This document shows positions 1 through 9,026 of a stretch of DNA of 64,000 nucleotides, in pieces. Each line of letters opens with the position of its first letter. Position 1 is the stretch's first letter. Both the position numbers and the translations under genes were made by a program. The stretch spans positions 736,001-800,000 of the forward strand of contig JBEPYN010000001.1 of NCBI GenBank assembly GCA_041641305.1, read 5' to 3'. The DNA comes from Nitrososphaerota archaeon. GTDB lineage: Archaea > Thermoproteota > Nitrososphaeria_A > Caldarchaeales > Caldarchaeaceae. A model generated the notes under the pieces. The model had not been told where the DNA came from, did no database searches, and saw only the letters and a program-made list of their open reading frames with translations.

Positions 1-1344
1 GCCTGCGTAGAACTTGAGGTCGTCTGCAACAGCTTTGACCGATGACCAGAGACCCTTCGTCGTCAAGTCAACAACGGGGTCTCTTATCATCTCTGCGAGT
101 TTGCCGTCCCTGACCCTGTATGCTACGACGCCGACGTAGCGCTGGTTCCACCGCCTGTCGTCGATGTTCCACTCCTGGTAGGATTTGATGTAGACGCCGT
201 TGCGCATGATTTCGAAGAGTTCTTCGAGGCTGTGGTCGCCGGGCTTGAGGTAGGTGTTGGCCATGCGGACGATCGGTTCTTTGCTGTAGCTGTTGGCCCT
301 CGAGGCTCCGTTGCTGTGTGTCCCCAGCTCCGCAGCGGTTTCACGGTTGTGAAGCAACCCGCTCAAAACACCCTTGTCAATCAAGACCCGTTCAGACGTG
401 GCGACGCATTCGTCGTCGTAGAGATAGTAGCCGAAGGAGCGTGGAAGACGCGGGTCATCCACGACCGTGACATGTTCACTGCCTATCCTCGTGCCTAAAA
501 GCTCAGGCTTGACATAGGTTTCACCGGCCTGCGCAGCTTCTCTGCCCAACATCCTATCCGCCTCACCGGGGTGGCCGCATGACTCGTGGCAGACAAGGCC
601 CACAATCTCCGAGCCGAGAACAACGTCCACGGGCTCCCGCGGCGGCTCAACACCCCGCAGCAACGCCTTGCATATGTCACGAGCCTCCTCGGCTAGTCTA
701 CCGGGCAGGTCCCATCTCTCCACCGCCTCCCAGCCAGCTGATTCGCCGAGGTTCTCAAACCGCTGGACAACGCCGCGCTGAGGATGATAGGCTGTGATTA
801 TGTAGTTGGCTGTGGCGCGTTCAACAGCGAACCTGACATCGCCGCCGTCGCTGTTGACCACGTGCTTCTCAGTGCTCCATTTCCCCAACTCGATGAAACG
901 TGAGACAAGCTTGACGCCGAGCTTATCAGCGGCCTCGACACCCGCGGCATCAGCCTCCTTCAACAGCTCAATCTTATCCCTGTTATCCACGTCATCGTAT
1001 CTTATCCTCGGCTTCTTTATGTCAGAGGCCTTTACAAGCTTCTCCTCCGACATCCTGACATCCTGCGACCCTGCTGCGGCGGCCCTCGCCATGCCGAAAG
1101 CCGCGGCAACAGCCTTCCTCAGAGACGCTCTGTCAAGCTGGTTAACGTATGCGAAGCCCAAGCTCCCGCGGTAGAGAAGACGAATACCCACACCCTTCTC
1201 GACAACATCCGCCGACACCTCTGGTACACCGTTCTTCAAAACAACCTGCGACTGATGATCCCGCTGAAACCGTGCCTCGACATAGGAAGCCCCCAGCTCA
1301 CCGCCCCTCTTCAAAACAAACTCCAAAAGATCCTCAACATCCAT
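1..1344 (-). CDS. tldD: TldD/PmbA family metalloprotease (runs off the window edge; not in the ORF track)
   Basis: Manual translation: starts MDVEDLLEFVLKRGGELGASYVEARFQ; near position 1 reads EPIVRMANTYLKPGDHSLEELFEIMRNGVYIKSYQEWNIDDRRWNQRY, typical of the TldD C-terminus. Confidence 0.85.
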   Translation of the reverse strand, partial: MDVEDLLEFVLKRGGELGASYVEARFQRDHQSQVVLKNGVPEVSADVVEKGVGIRLLYRGSLGFAYVNQLDRASLRKAVAAAFGMARAAAAGSQDVRMSEEKLVKASDIKKPRIRYDDVDNRDKIELLKEADAAGVEAADKLGVKLVSRFIELGKWSTEKHVVNSDGGDVRFAVERATANYIITAYHPQRGVVQRFENLGESAGWEAVERWDLPGRLAEEARDICKALLRGVEPPREPVDVVLGSEIVGLVCHESCGHPGEADRMLGREAAQAGETYVKPELLGTRIGSEHVTVVDDPRLPRSFGYYLYDDECVATSERVLIDKGVLSGLLHNRETAAELGTHSNGASRANSYSKEPIVRMANTYLKPGDHSLEELFEIMRNGVYIKSYQEWNIDDRRWNQRYVGVVAYRVRDGKLAEMIRDPVVDLTTKGLWSSVKAVADDLKFYAG

Positions 1345-1450
1345 CGGCCCTGACACCACATTCAACTGGGCCGAGAAATATATAAACGGTTAACACAAGG
1401 AACAAGTGTGTAAGCTCTTATAGAGGAGTAGGCCAAGCATATCCCGGGTC

Positions 1451-1954
1451 ATGAAGGCGAAGAACTACCGCAGGCCTGAGGGCATGACATACGCCAGGGT
1501 GGAATATATCCATGGCCCGCCGCAGTCCCGCATAACCAAGTACAACGCCGGCGTCTACCGCAGCGATTACACTCATGAGCTGCTGCTCGTGCCTGAGACG
1601 GATTTGCAGATACGTGATGTCGCAATCGAGTCGGCCCGCATAGCCATCAACAAGTATTTGACGGAGAAGCTTAACGACAGGTTCTATCTCGAGGTTACGG
1701 CGCATCCTCACCATGTTCTGCGGGAGAACAAGATGATTTTCGGGGCGCATGCCGACAGGCTGCAGGAGGGTATGAGGAGAGCTTTCGGAAAACCGATTGG
1801 AAGAGCTGCACGCGTGGAGATGGGTGAGCCGGTTTTCAGGCTTCTCACCTACGCCGACGGAGTGAGAACGGCCCGTGAGGCCCTAGAGCTTGCGGCGAAG
1901 AAACTGCCCAAGAAATACTACATCGTCGAGAAGGTTCTCGCCCAGAGTGCCTAA
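1451..1954 (+). CDS. rpl10e: 50S ribosomal protein L10e (uL16)
   Basis: AIESARIAINKYL, HPHHVLRENKM, GAHADRLQEGMRRAFGKPIGRAARV. Confidence 0.97.
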   Translation: MKAKNYRRPEGMTYARVEYIHGPPQSRITKYNAGVYRSDYTHELLLVPETDLQIRDVAIESARIAINKYLTEKLNDRFYLEVTAHPHHVLRENKMIFGAHADRLQEGMRRAFGKPIGRAARVEMGEPVFRLLTYADGVRTAREALELAAKKLPKKYYIVEKVLAQSA

Positions 1955-1957
1955 CCC

Positions 1958-2362
1958 TTGTCCCATGAAGCAGAAATCTATGTCGACGGCGCCTCAAGAG
2001 GCAACCCAGGGCCCGCGGGCATCGGCTACATAATCAAAATCGGAACACAATCATACAAGCACCGGGAATACATCGGCGTCGCAACCAACAACCAAGCAGA
2101 ATACCGTGCCTTGATAACTGCTCTGGAAAAAGCTCTCCAGCTCGGTGTAAAGAAAGCATATGTTTACAGCGACAGCGAGCTCCTCGTCAAACAGGTCACC
2201 GGCACATACAGAATACGAAACACCACGCTCTCATCCCTGCATCAGAAGCTTCAGCAACTTTTACCGAGTTTTGAAGAGCTCAAGATAACGCATGTCGATA
2301 GAGAAAAAAATAGGGAGGCCGACCGCTTGGCCAACCAAGCCATAGACGAAGCTACGCCTTGA
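1958..2362 (+). CDS. rnhA: Ribonuclease HI
   Basis: YVDGASRGNPGPAGIG, TNNQAEY, YSDSEL, NREADRLAN give the D-E-D-D catalytic set. Confidence 0.93.
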   Translation: MSHEAEIYVDGASRGNPGPAGIGYIIKIGTQSYKHREYIGVATNNQAEYRALITALEKALQLGVKKAYVYSDSELLVKQVTGTYRIRNTTLSSLHQKLQQLLPSFEELKITHVDREKNREADRLANQAIDEATP

Positions 2363-2459
2363 CGGTTACGACCGCCGGCTCCTGAACAGTCTTCTTCGAG
2401 GCCTCCCTTATCCGCTTCAACATCGCCTCATACTCTTCCTCACTCATGCAGTGGCACAT
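2352..2459 (-). CDS. Putative 35-aa small protein MCHCMSEEEYEAMLKRIREASKKTVQEPAVVTVKA
   Basis: ATG at 2459 to TAG at 2352; fills the intergenic gap; GAAAAAA-TG-TTATAA (BRE/TATA-like) about 27-40 nt upstream on the minus strand. Confidence 0.5.
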   Translation of the reverse strand: MCHCMSEEEYEAMLKRIREASKKTVQEPAVVTVKA

Positions 2460-2617
2460 TGCAGCAAAAACGCGATCACGCCGAGTTATAACATTTTTTC
2501 AGCTACTGACTTCTGGCGAAAATGCCTTCTTTTACATGTTTAAGGTTTTCCAATTTTTCTTGTGCGTGTCCGTCGGCTGGCATCATGCTTTTATTCGCCT
2601 GTTTGCGGCTGGTGGCT

Positions 2618-3268
2618 GTGGCCAGGATTGTTAAGCTCTCTGGGTTGCGGAAAGCTGTTGCGGACAGGCTTGGCTACAGTTTTCGGAACAGCCTGCCCGT
2701 CGCGTTGATGACAGAGTATGATGCGGCCCCTCTCATGGATGTTTACCGCAGAATGCGTGAGAAACATGGTTCAAGCAGCCCGAGCATAACCGCTTACATT
2801 GTTAAACGCGTCGCACACGCCCTCATACTCCACGGCGAGTTCAACGCCAACATCGAGGGCGACGAGATCAAGTTGTTTGATGAGGTGAACATAGCGGTGG
2901 CGGTTGACACGCCGCGTGGCCTCTACGCACCCACCATAAGGAACGTGGACAAAAAGACCGTTTTCGAAATCGAGGCAGAGCTCAGGGCTCTTGCCGAGAA
3001 AGCGGCGAAGGGAACAATTACCATGAATGAGCTCGCGGGCCATGGCTTCACCGTCTCCAACCTCGGACACCTCGACATAACCTACTTCACCCCCATCATC
3101 AACCCACCCGACGTAGCCATCCTCGGCGTCGGAGCCATCAAAAACACGGGGCAGGGATACCTTGGACACCTAACACTTGTCTTTGACCACCGAGCCGTCG
3201 ACGGCGCACCAGCCGCCAAGTTCCTCAAGGAAATTAAGCACCTGCTCGAGACTGTCTCTGAAGAGTGA
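2618..3268 (+). CDS. 2-oxoacid dehydrogenase E2 acyltransferase, catalytic domain only
   Basis: IAVAVDTPRGL, FTVSNLG, FTPIINPPDVAILGVG, DHRAVDGA; probable GTG start at 2618; no lipoyl domain. Confidence 0.9.
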   Translation: MARIVKLSGLRKAVADRLGYSFRNSLPVALMTEYDAAPLMDVYRRMREKHGSSSPSITAYIVKRVAHALILHGEFNANIEGDEIKLFDEVNIAVAVDTPRGLYAPTIRNVDKKTVFEIEAELRALAEKAAKGTITMNELAGHGFTVSNLGHLDITYFTPIINPPDVAILGVGAIKNTGQGYLGHLTLVFDHRAVDGAPAAKFLKEIKHLLETVSEE

Positions 3269-4317
3269 GGGGAATGATTTCCGCGGTCTCTGTTTTGGCG
3301 AGCCACAGCGCTTTGGATGTTTTGGATGGGGCCCGTGAGACTGGGTTTAGGACCGTCGCGGTCGCGAAGAGGGGCCGTGAAAAGGCTTATCGAATGTTTC
3401 CTGTGGTGGATGAGCTTGTGGTGGTTGAAGAGTTCGGCGAAATCGTGTCAGAACATGTTTTGGAGAAGCTTGTTGACAGCGTGTTTGTGCCGAATAGGAG
3501 CTTCGCGGTCTACGTGGGCTATGACACCATCGAGAAAAAATTCAAGATACCTGTTTTCGGTAACAGGTTTCTGCTAAGATGGGAAGAACGTGTCGGCGAA
3601 GCTAGCTACTACAGGTTGTTGGAAGAGGCTGGGATAAGGAGGCCGAAAACCTACAGACTAGATGATGTCGACGGCCCTGTGATTGTGAAGCTGCCCGAAC
3701 ATGGGAGACCCTTTGAACGAGCATTCTTCATAGCAAGGGACCAGGCCGATTTGGAGAAGAAGCTCGGTGAAATGCTTGCGAAGGGAATCGTCGACGAGAG
3801 TGATTTGGAGAAGGCGTCGGTTGAGGAGCTTGTGCTCGGCGCCCATTTCAACGCAAACTTTTTCCACAGCGTGGTCAGAGACAGGCTGGAGCTTCACAGC
3901 ATAGACCGGCGTATACAGAGCAACCTCGACGGCGTCATCAGACTAGGCGCAGCGGACCAGCTGGAGCTCAACCCACTCATCCGCTACATCGAGGTGGGTC
4001 ACGAGTCCGCCACCATCCGCGAAAGCCTCCTCGAAAAAGTCTTCACCATCGGTGAAAAATTTGTGGCGGCATGTAGCCGACTGGTTCCGCCGGGTGTGAT
4101 AGGACCCTTTACTCTACAGTTTCTCGTAACACCCGAGCTCGACCTCGTGGTTTACGATGTTTCGCCGCGTATAGGCGGCGGCACCAACGTCTACATCGGC
4201 CATGGTGGCCAATATAGCAAACTCTATCATGGAAAGCCCGTGACCATGGGGCGTAGGATTGCGATGGAGATAAGAGAAGCCGCTGAACAAAACATGCTGT
4301 CAAGAGTAACCACATGA
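3265..4317 (+). CDS. purP: PurP-like ATP-grasp FAICAR synthetase paralogue
   Basis: ASHSALDV, FVPNRSF, GHESATIRESLL, PPGVIGPFTLQ, DVSPRIGGGTN, MGRRIA. Confidence 0.9.
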   Translation: MRGMISAVSVLASHSALDVLDGARETGFRTVAVAKRGREKAYRMFPVVDELVVVEEFGEIVSEHVLEKLVDSVFVPNRSFAVYVGYDTIEKKFKIPVFGNRFLLRWEERVGEASYYRLLEEAGIRRPKTYRLDDVDGPVIVKLPEHGRPFERAFFIARDQADLEKKLGEMLAKGIVDESDLEKASVEELVLGAHFNANFFHSVVRDRLELHSIDRRIQSNLDGVIRLGAADQLELNPLIRYIEVGHESATIRESLLEKVFTIGEKFVAACSRLVPPGVIGPFTLQFLVTPELDLVVYDVSPRIGGGTNVYIGHGGQYSKLYHGKPVTMGRRIAMEIREAAEQNMLSRVTT

Positions 4318-5315
4318 AGCGTTTAGCCGATTACGATGTGGATAAGCTCACCGTCGCGACTGTTGCGAGCCACACAGCCCTCCAGCTACTCCGCGCAGCC
4401 AAGAAAACAGGCTTCAAAACAGCCGCCATCTACCTAACAGACAACAAAACATTCTATCAAAAATTCGGCTTCATCGACAAAATCTTCACAGCATCAGTCG
4501 ACACGTTGGATAAACTCGCACCTTACCTGGCTGAACGCAACACCATCTTCATACCTCATGGCAGCTTCGTTGAATACTGCGGCCCCGAGAAAGCCCAATC
4601 ATTCCAGGTGCCGTTTTTCGGCACTCGGCAGCTCATCGAGGTTGAGGCGGACCAAAGAAAGAAGATGACGCTCCTGCGTGAAGCAGAGATACCCACCCCA
4701 GCCGAGTACGGATCCGTTGAGGAGGCTGAGTCCCCTGTAATCGTCAAACTGGGAGGAGCCAAGGGCGGGGCAGGCTATTTCCTCGCCTTCTCAAAACAGG
4801 AGCTTCTGGAGAAAACGCAAAAAATCAGCCAATCTTACATCATCCAGCAATATGTCATAGGCGTCGGCGTCTACATGCACTATTTTGCGTCACCCATGTA
4901 TGGAAGGGTCGAGGTCTTCGGCGCCGATACACGGTATGAGGCGAATGTCGACGGCCGCGTCTTCGGATTGGCCGAGCCCAGCTTCGTCGTCGTCGGAAAC
5001 AGGCCCCTAGTAGTCAGAGAATCACTCCTGCCACGCTACATGCTCTACGGCGAAAAATTCGCAGCCGCCGTCGAGAAAACTCTCGGCACACCCATGATAG
5101 GCCCCTTCTGCCTCGAAACCATCATCACAGACACATTAGAAATCAAGTGCTTCGAGTTCTCCGGAAGAATTGTGGCGGGCACAAACGTTTACATGGGCAC
5201 AGGCTCACCATATTCCGTCCTCTACTTCGACAAAGCCATAGACATGGGTGAGAGGATAGCCCATGAGCTGAAGAATGCTGCTGAGAAAAACTGTCTCGAG
5301 AAGGTTACGAGTTAA
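4314..5315 (+). CDS. purP: PurP formate-phosphoribosylaminoimidazolecarboxamide ligase
   Basis: ASHTALQ, FIPHGSFVEY, GAKGGAGYF, VVGNRPLVVRESLL, FEFSGRIVAGTN; ATGA overlap with the upstream gene. Confidence 0.92.
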   Translation: MKRLADYDVDKLTVATVASHTALQLLRAAKKTGFKTAAIYLTDNKTFYQKFGFIDKIFTASVDTLDKLAPYLAERNTIFIPHGSFVEYCGPEKAQSFQVPFFGTRQLIEVEADQRKKMTLLREAEIPTPAEYGSVEEAESPVIVKLGGAKGGAGYFLAFSKQELLEKTQKISQSYIIQQYVIGVGVYMHYFASPMYGRVEVFGADTRYEANVDGRVFGLAEPSFVVVGNRPLVVRESLLPRYMLYGEKFAAAVEKTLGTPMIGPFCLETIITDTLEIKCFEFSGRIVAGTNVYMGTGSPYSVLYFDKAIDMGERIAHELKNAAEKNCLEKVTS

Positions 5316-5341
5316 ACCTTATAGGCTGTGTTGGGAGAAGA

Positions 5342-6832
5342 TTGGCTGGAGTGGACTGGAACGGTGTGAAGCTGGAGCAGATTGGGTTGGTGGCGAGCCC
5401 GAGTGGAGAGAACGGCGCGATGTGTATTCTCCAGGATGGTATGGAGACGAAGGTCACGACCGAGACGCTTGTCCTCATCGAGAACAGAAACGGAAACAAA
5501 ATTCTCGCGATCTGCCGCAGCGGAATAGGCAGCAACGACTCCCTCAAGACAAACGTCTACAACCCGGGTGTGGCGTATGCGAAGACGGGGAAGGGCCCGA
5601 GCACCGCGAAAGAATTCTTCGGCTACCATCTAGTCGTCATCGGCGACGTGACTGATGGCACGATAAAGCCTAACAGGCTGATCATAGCGCCTGCGTCAAA
5701 GGTGTACAGGTTTGACGAGGGCTTCAACCCTATGGAGCTAATGGGTGGAACCGGGCTCACCCTCGGCTACTATGCGACAGGCACACCCGAGTGGAAAATC
5801 CCCGTGCTCAAGGAATACATCACCCACCACATCGGCGTATTCGGCGTAACCGGCTCAGGCAAATCCTACCTCACCCGATACCAGCTCATCCCCCACCTCA
5901 GACAAGCAGGCTTCGACGTCCTAATCTTCGACTGGAAAGGCAGCGACTACGCACCATACTACAGCGACGTCATCAACATGGGCGACATACTGCTCGACGA
6001 CGAATCCACACTCTCGTTTCTACTGGAGCGGGTCAACTACTTCGGCGGAGGCAGTACCGGGCAAAAGCTCGCCGAATATTTGGAACAGGTCATCGCAGAA
6101 GGTAAATGGAGAGGAAAAACAGCCGACGAGGCCCTCGAAACCATAACAAACGAGCTATACAGGATAATTACGGAGGACAATCCAGGTAAATCTCCTAATC
6201 AACCCAGTCACTGGGCCAACATATATCTGCGGAAAGCCCAACGCTACATGAACAGGCTCGACGAGGAAGATATCAAGCCGCTGCTGGGCACACTCACCGC
6301 CGAGGAGATTGTCGCAAAGCTTCGTGAAAAACATCTTGTCACAATCGATTTGAGCTACGGCTCCAAGGAGCAGAAGCTAAGCATCTTCCTATCTATCGTG
6401 GGTTATCTGAAGAGGTTGATGGAGGAGAAAAACAGGTTGAACATAGCCTTGGTTGTGGACGAGGCTCCTCAATACTGTCCATGGAACCCGAAAGGCATAG
6501 AGGAGGAGGCCACACGCGCCATAATGAGCATAGCTGCTCTCGGCAGATCCTACGGCCTATCCATCACCTTGATTTCGCAGGGGATTGCGGGTGAGATAGG
6601 TGTAAACGCCGCCGTCAGAAGAAACCTCAACACACTTTTCATAGGAAAAATCCATCCACTCGACGTGCCGGAGGCAGAGAGATTCTTCGCCACGACTCTG
6701 GTGGATTCTTCCAGTCTTCTAAGGCTGCCCGAAGGCCATTTCTACATGATCGGGAAGATGAACCCTTCGCCTGTGCCGCTGCTGCTGACGTTTGAGATAC
6801 CTGAAGAGGAGAAAACAGTTGGCAGGCGCTGA
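5342..6832 (+). CDS. herA: HerA/FtsK-family ATPase with N-terminal HAS-barrel-like region
   Basis: HIGVFGVTGSGKS (Walker A), VLIFDWKG, VVDEAP (Walker B), LGRSYGL, ISQ. Confidence 0.85.
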   Translation: MAGVDWNGVKLEQIGLVASPSGENGAMCILQDGMETKVTTETLVLIENRNGNKILAICRSGIGSNDSLKTNVYNPGVAYAKTGKGPSTAKEFFGYHLVVIGDVTDGTIKPNRLIIAPASKVYRFDEGFNPMELMGGTGLTLGYYATGTPEWKIPVLKEYITHHIGVFGVTGSGKSYLTRYQLIPHLRQAGFDVLIFDWKGSDYAPYYSDVINMGDILLDDESTLSFLLERVNYFGGGSTGQKLAEYLEQVIAEGKWRGKTADEALETITNELYRIITEDNPGKSPNQPSHWANIYLRKAQRYMNRLDEEDIKPLLGTLTAEEIVAKLREKHLVTIDLSYGSKEQKLSIFLSIVGYLKRLMEEKNRLNIALVVDEAPQYCPWNPKGIEEEATRAIMSIAALGRSYGLSITLISQGIAGEIGVNAAVRRNLNTLFIGKIHPLDVPEAERFFATTLVDSSSLLRLPEGHFYMIGKMNPSPVPLLLTFEIPEEEKTVGRR

Positions 6833-8099
6833 AGAGTTACCCGACTTCCTCAAGATACCTAAGCCGCTTCAGGAAAAATTCTTCACCGCCGTCGAGGAGG
6901 AGGTCAACAACCTCATCCCCCAGATTAAAAGATTCTCCGAAGCCGTGGCCCGTGTCAGGAAAGAATTGTCAAAGGGAATCAGTAGGATACGTGACTCCGG
7001 CCGCTGGCGCGACATGCTGGTCTGTGCGGTGGATGGCTCCGATGTCCCCGCCCTCGACGATAGAATAGGTGTGAGATACGGGTTATACGCCGTCGCATAC
7101 AAAATGTTCAGGGGAATTGATGCTCTCGACGGTGGTGAGGGATATTTCGGCGACAAGCTTCCAGGAAAAATAAGCATGCGTCGCGAAACTTTTCTCAAGC
7201 TTCTCGACCTCCTCACCACCTACTATGAGAGGCTTACGGCGAAAACCCTGCTAGACATCAGGAAACCTGACCTGATAATTGTGGACGGCAGCTTCTTCGG
7301 CTACAGAGCAGGATGCAGCATAGTGAAGAAAGATCCTCTCAACTGGCGTGACCCGGTGACGGGGAAAAGGTTTGACACCGTGTTCGACCTCATAAGCGAG
7401 ATCAACAGTTTGACCGTGGCGCTTCTCGAAAGCGGGAGAGCTGCAGGCGTGATTAAGAGGGTGCCTACTGCGGCGATAGACGGCTACCTATGCTACCGCT
7501 ATGGCCTCGAGATGGGGCTGGATATGAGCGACAGATCCATCCTCTCGCATCTGATGAAACGGGGCGAGGTCTTTGATTACGAGGAGATTTTCGGACCTGA
7601 TGTGAGATACGATGTCTTCACATGGTTTAGGACCGCGGCACTCGAGAAATCCCTTGCAAAAAAAGGTGCAGACGCTGTGTTGAAAAAAGCCGAGCAAAGA
7701 GTAAAGGTGCAGCTCGTCGCGGACTTGACCAACTGGCCGGGAGGCAGAAGCCCAAGCTGGACACAGTATGCGCAAGACCCCGTAGTCAAGGCTGTGAGAA
7801 GCACTCGGCGAGTCTTCATAAAAACTGTGGATGATATTCCGCCTATTTGTGTCGAGTTCTCTGAGAGGACTTCGCGGGAGATGGCTGAGGATGTGCTGGC
7901 CTACATCTATGCCACGGCCAACCCTGCGACGGGGCTGCCGATTGTACTCGACCTTGTGGATGATCTTGTCTCTCTTCCGCGTGGAATTGGCCGAGAGTTT
8001 GTGAACGAGATTGAGGCGGAGCTTCTCCGCCGGGGGATGAGTAAGGAGAGCCTTACCGCCATCTTCAGCCGCTACAACCCGCAGAAAGACGAGCCCTAG
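6819..8099 (+). CDS. nurA: NurA-family nuclease (RNase H-like fold)
   Basis: CAVDGS and IIVDGS motifs, GVIKR, D-x-x-IL, C-terminal GLPIVLDLVD; overlaps the HerA stop; probable TTG start at 6819. Confidence 0.78.
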   Translation: MAGAEELPDFLKIPKPLQEKFFTAVEEEVNNLIPQIKRFSEAVARVRKELSKGISRIRDSGRWRDMLVCAVDGSDVPALDDRIGVRYGLYAVAYKMFRGIDALDGGEGYFGDKLPGKISMRRETFLKLLDLLTTYYERLTAKTLLDIRKPDLIIVDGSFFGYRAGCSIVKKDPLNWRDPVTGKRFDTVFDLISEINSLTVALLESGRAAGVIKRVPTAAIDGYLCYRYGLEMGLDMSDRSILSHLMKRGEVFDYEEIFGPDVRYDVFTWFRTAALEKSLAKKGADAVLKKAEQRVKVQLVADLTNWPGGRSPSWTQYAQDPVVKAVRSTRRVFIKTVDDIPPICVEFSERTSREMAEDVLAYIYATANPATGLPIVLDLVDDLVSLPRGIGREFVNEIEAELLRRGMSKESLTAIFSRYNPQKDEP

Positions 8100-8111
8100 G
8101 GGTGTTGAGCC

Positions 8112-9026
8112 ATGTCGGTCACAAATCTCGGCCTAAGCGTCTTACTGCTTTTTATCTCTACATGGTTATTTGTCGACGGGGTTGAGGTTTTAGCCGCCAG
8201 GCTCAGGCTTACCAGGTTTGCTGCAGGAGCGTTGTTGGCCGCCATGTTGACAGCTATACCCGAGACGTTAATAGCAATGATATCTTATTTTCAACAAAAT
8301 TCTTCATCAGAGCTTGTTGGTGCTGGAAGTGTTATAGCAGCTCCCTCGATCACCCTTCTAATTGGGGCGCCTTTAGTAGCACTCTTTGTAAAGAATATCT
8401 CGGTCAGCAACGGTGTCGCGAAAAACTATGTCTACTTCATTGTATTTTTCACTTTGGCTATACTTCTTTCACAGTTTAACTTAGGCTCTTCCAGATACCT
8501 ATTCGGCTTGGTGTTTTTCCTCGTCTTTATTTATCTCGCTCGCTCTATATATGTTGAAGAGGGTGAGGAATTCGAGGTTGAAAGAATTGCGCTTGTTGAG
8601 AAGATTATTCAGAAAAACACTTGGCTTGTTGCTTCTCAGACTGGGTTGGCGGCGGCTGGGCTCTTCTATGGTTCAGATTTGTTCATAGATGCAGTTGCAA
8701 TGGCCGCACACCCGTTTGCGCTTACTTTGTTGGTTTCACCACTGGCAACATGTTTAGGGGAGATATTGTTGTCTTTCTATTGGCTGTTAAAAAATAGGGC
8801 CGACATCGCTTTAAGCCTTCTTTCGGGGGAAAACGCTATCCAGTCAACTTTTGTAATGAGTGTTGGGCTGGTTTTTACCAGATGGAGTTTTCCGCCGTCG
8901 GTGTTCAGCATCACCTTAGTTTATTTGACAGGGGCTGCTATCCTCTCGCTTCTTGTTTACAAAAAGAGGTTCAAGTTTGCTGCTGTGGTTCTACTGCTTT
9001 ATCCGTTTTACTTGCTTGCGGCATAG
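8112..9026 (+). CDS. Sodium/calcium exchanger (CaCA) family membrane protein
   Basis: About 10 hydrophobic segments; alpha-repeats LAAMLTAIPE and SPLATCLGE...GEN. Confidence 0.8.
   Translation: MSVTNLGLSVLLLFISTWLFVDGVEVLAARLRLTRFAAGALLAAMLTAIPETLIAMISYFQQNSSSELVGAGSVIAAPSITLLIGAPLVALFVKNISVSNGVAKNYVYFIVFFTLAILLSQFNLGSSRYLFGLVFFLVFIYLARSIYVEEGEEFEVERIALVEKIIQKNTWLVASQTGLAAAGLFYGSDLFIDAVAMAAHPFALTLLVSPLATCLGEILLSFYWLLKNRADIALSLLSGENAIQSTFVMSVGLVFTRWSFPPSVFSITLVYLTGAAILSLLVYKKRFKFAAVVLLLYPFYLLAA

Noticed and set aside
123-1385. Several short ORFs in the track (123-344, 232-498, 579-797, 806-1174, 1149-1385)
   Set aside because: Shadows of the minus-strand tldD gene, which the track missed because it runs off the window.
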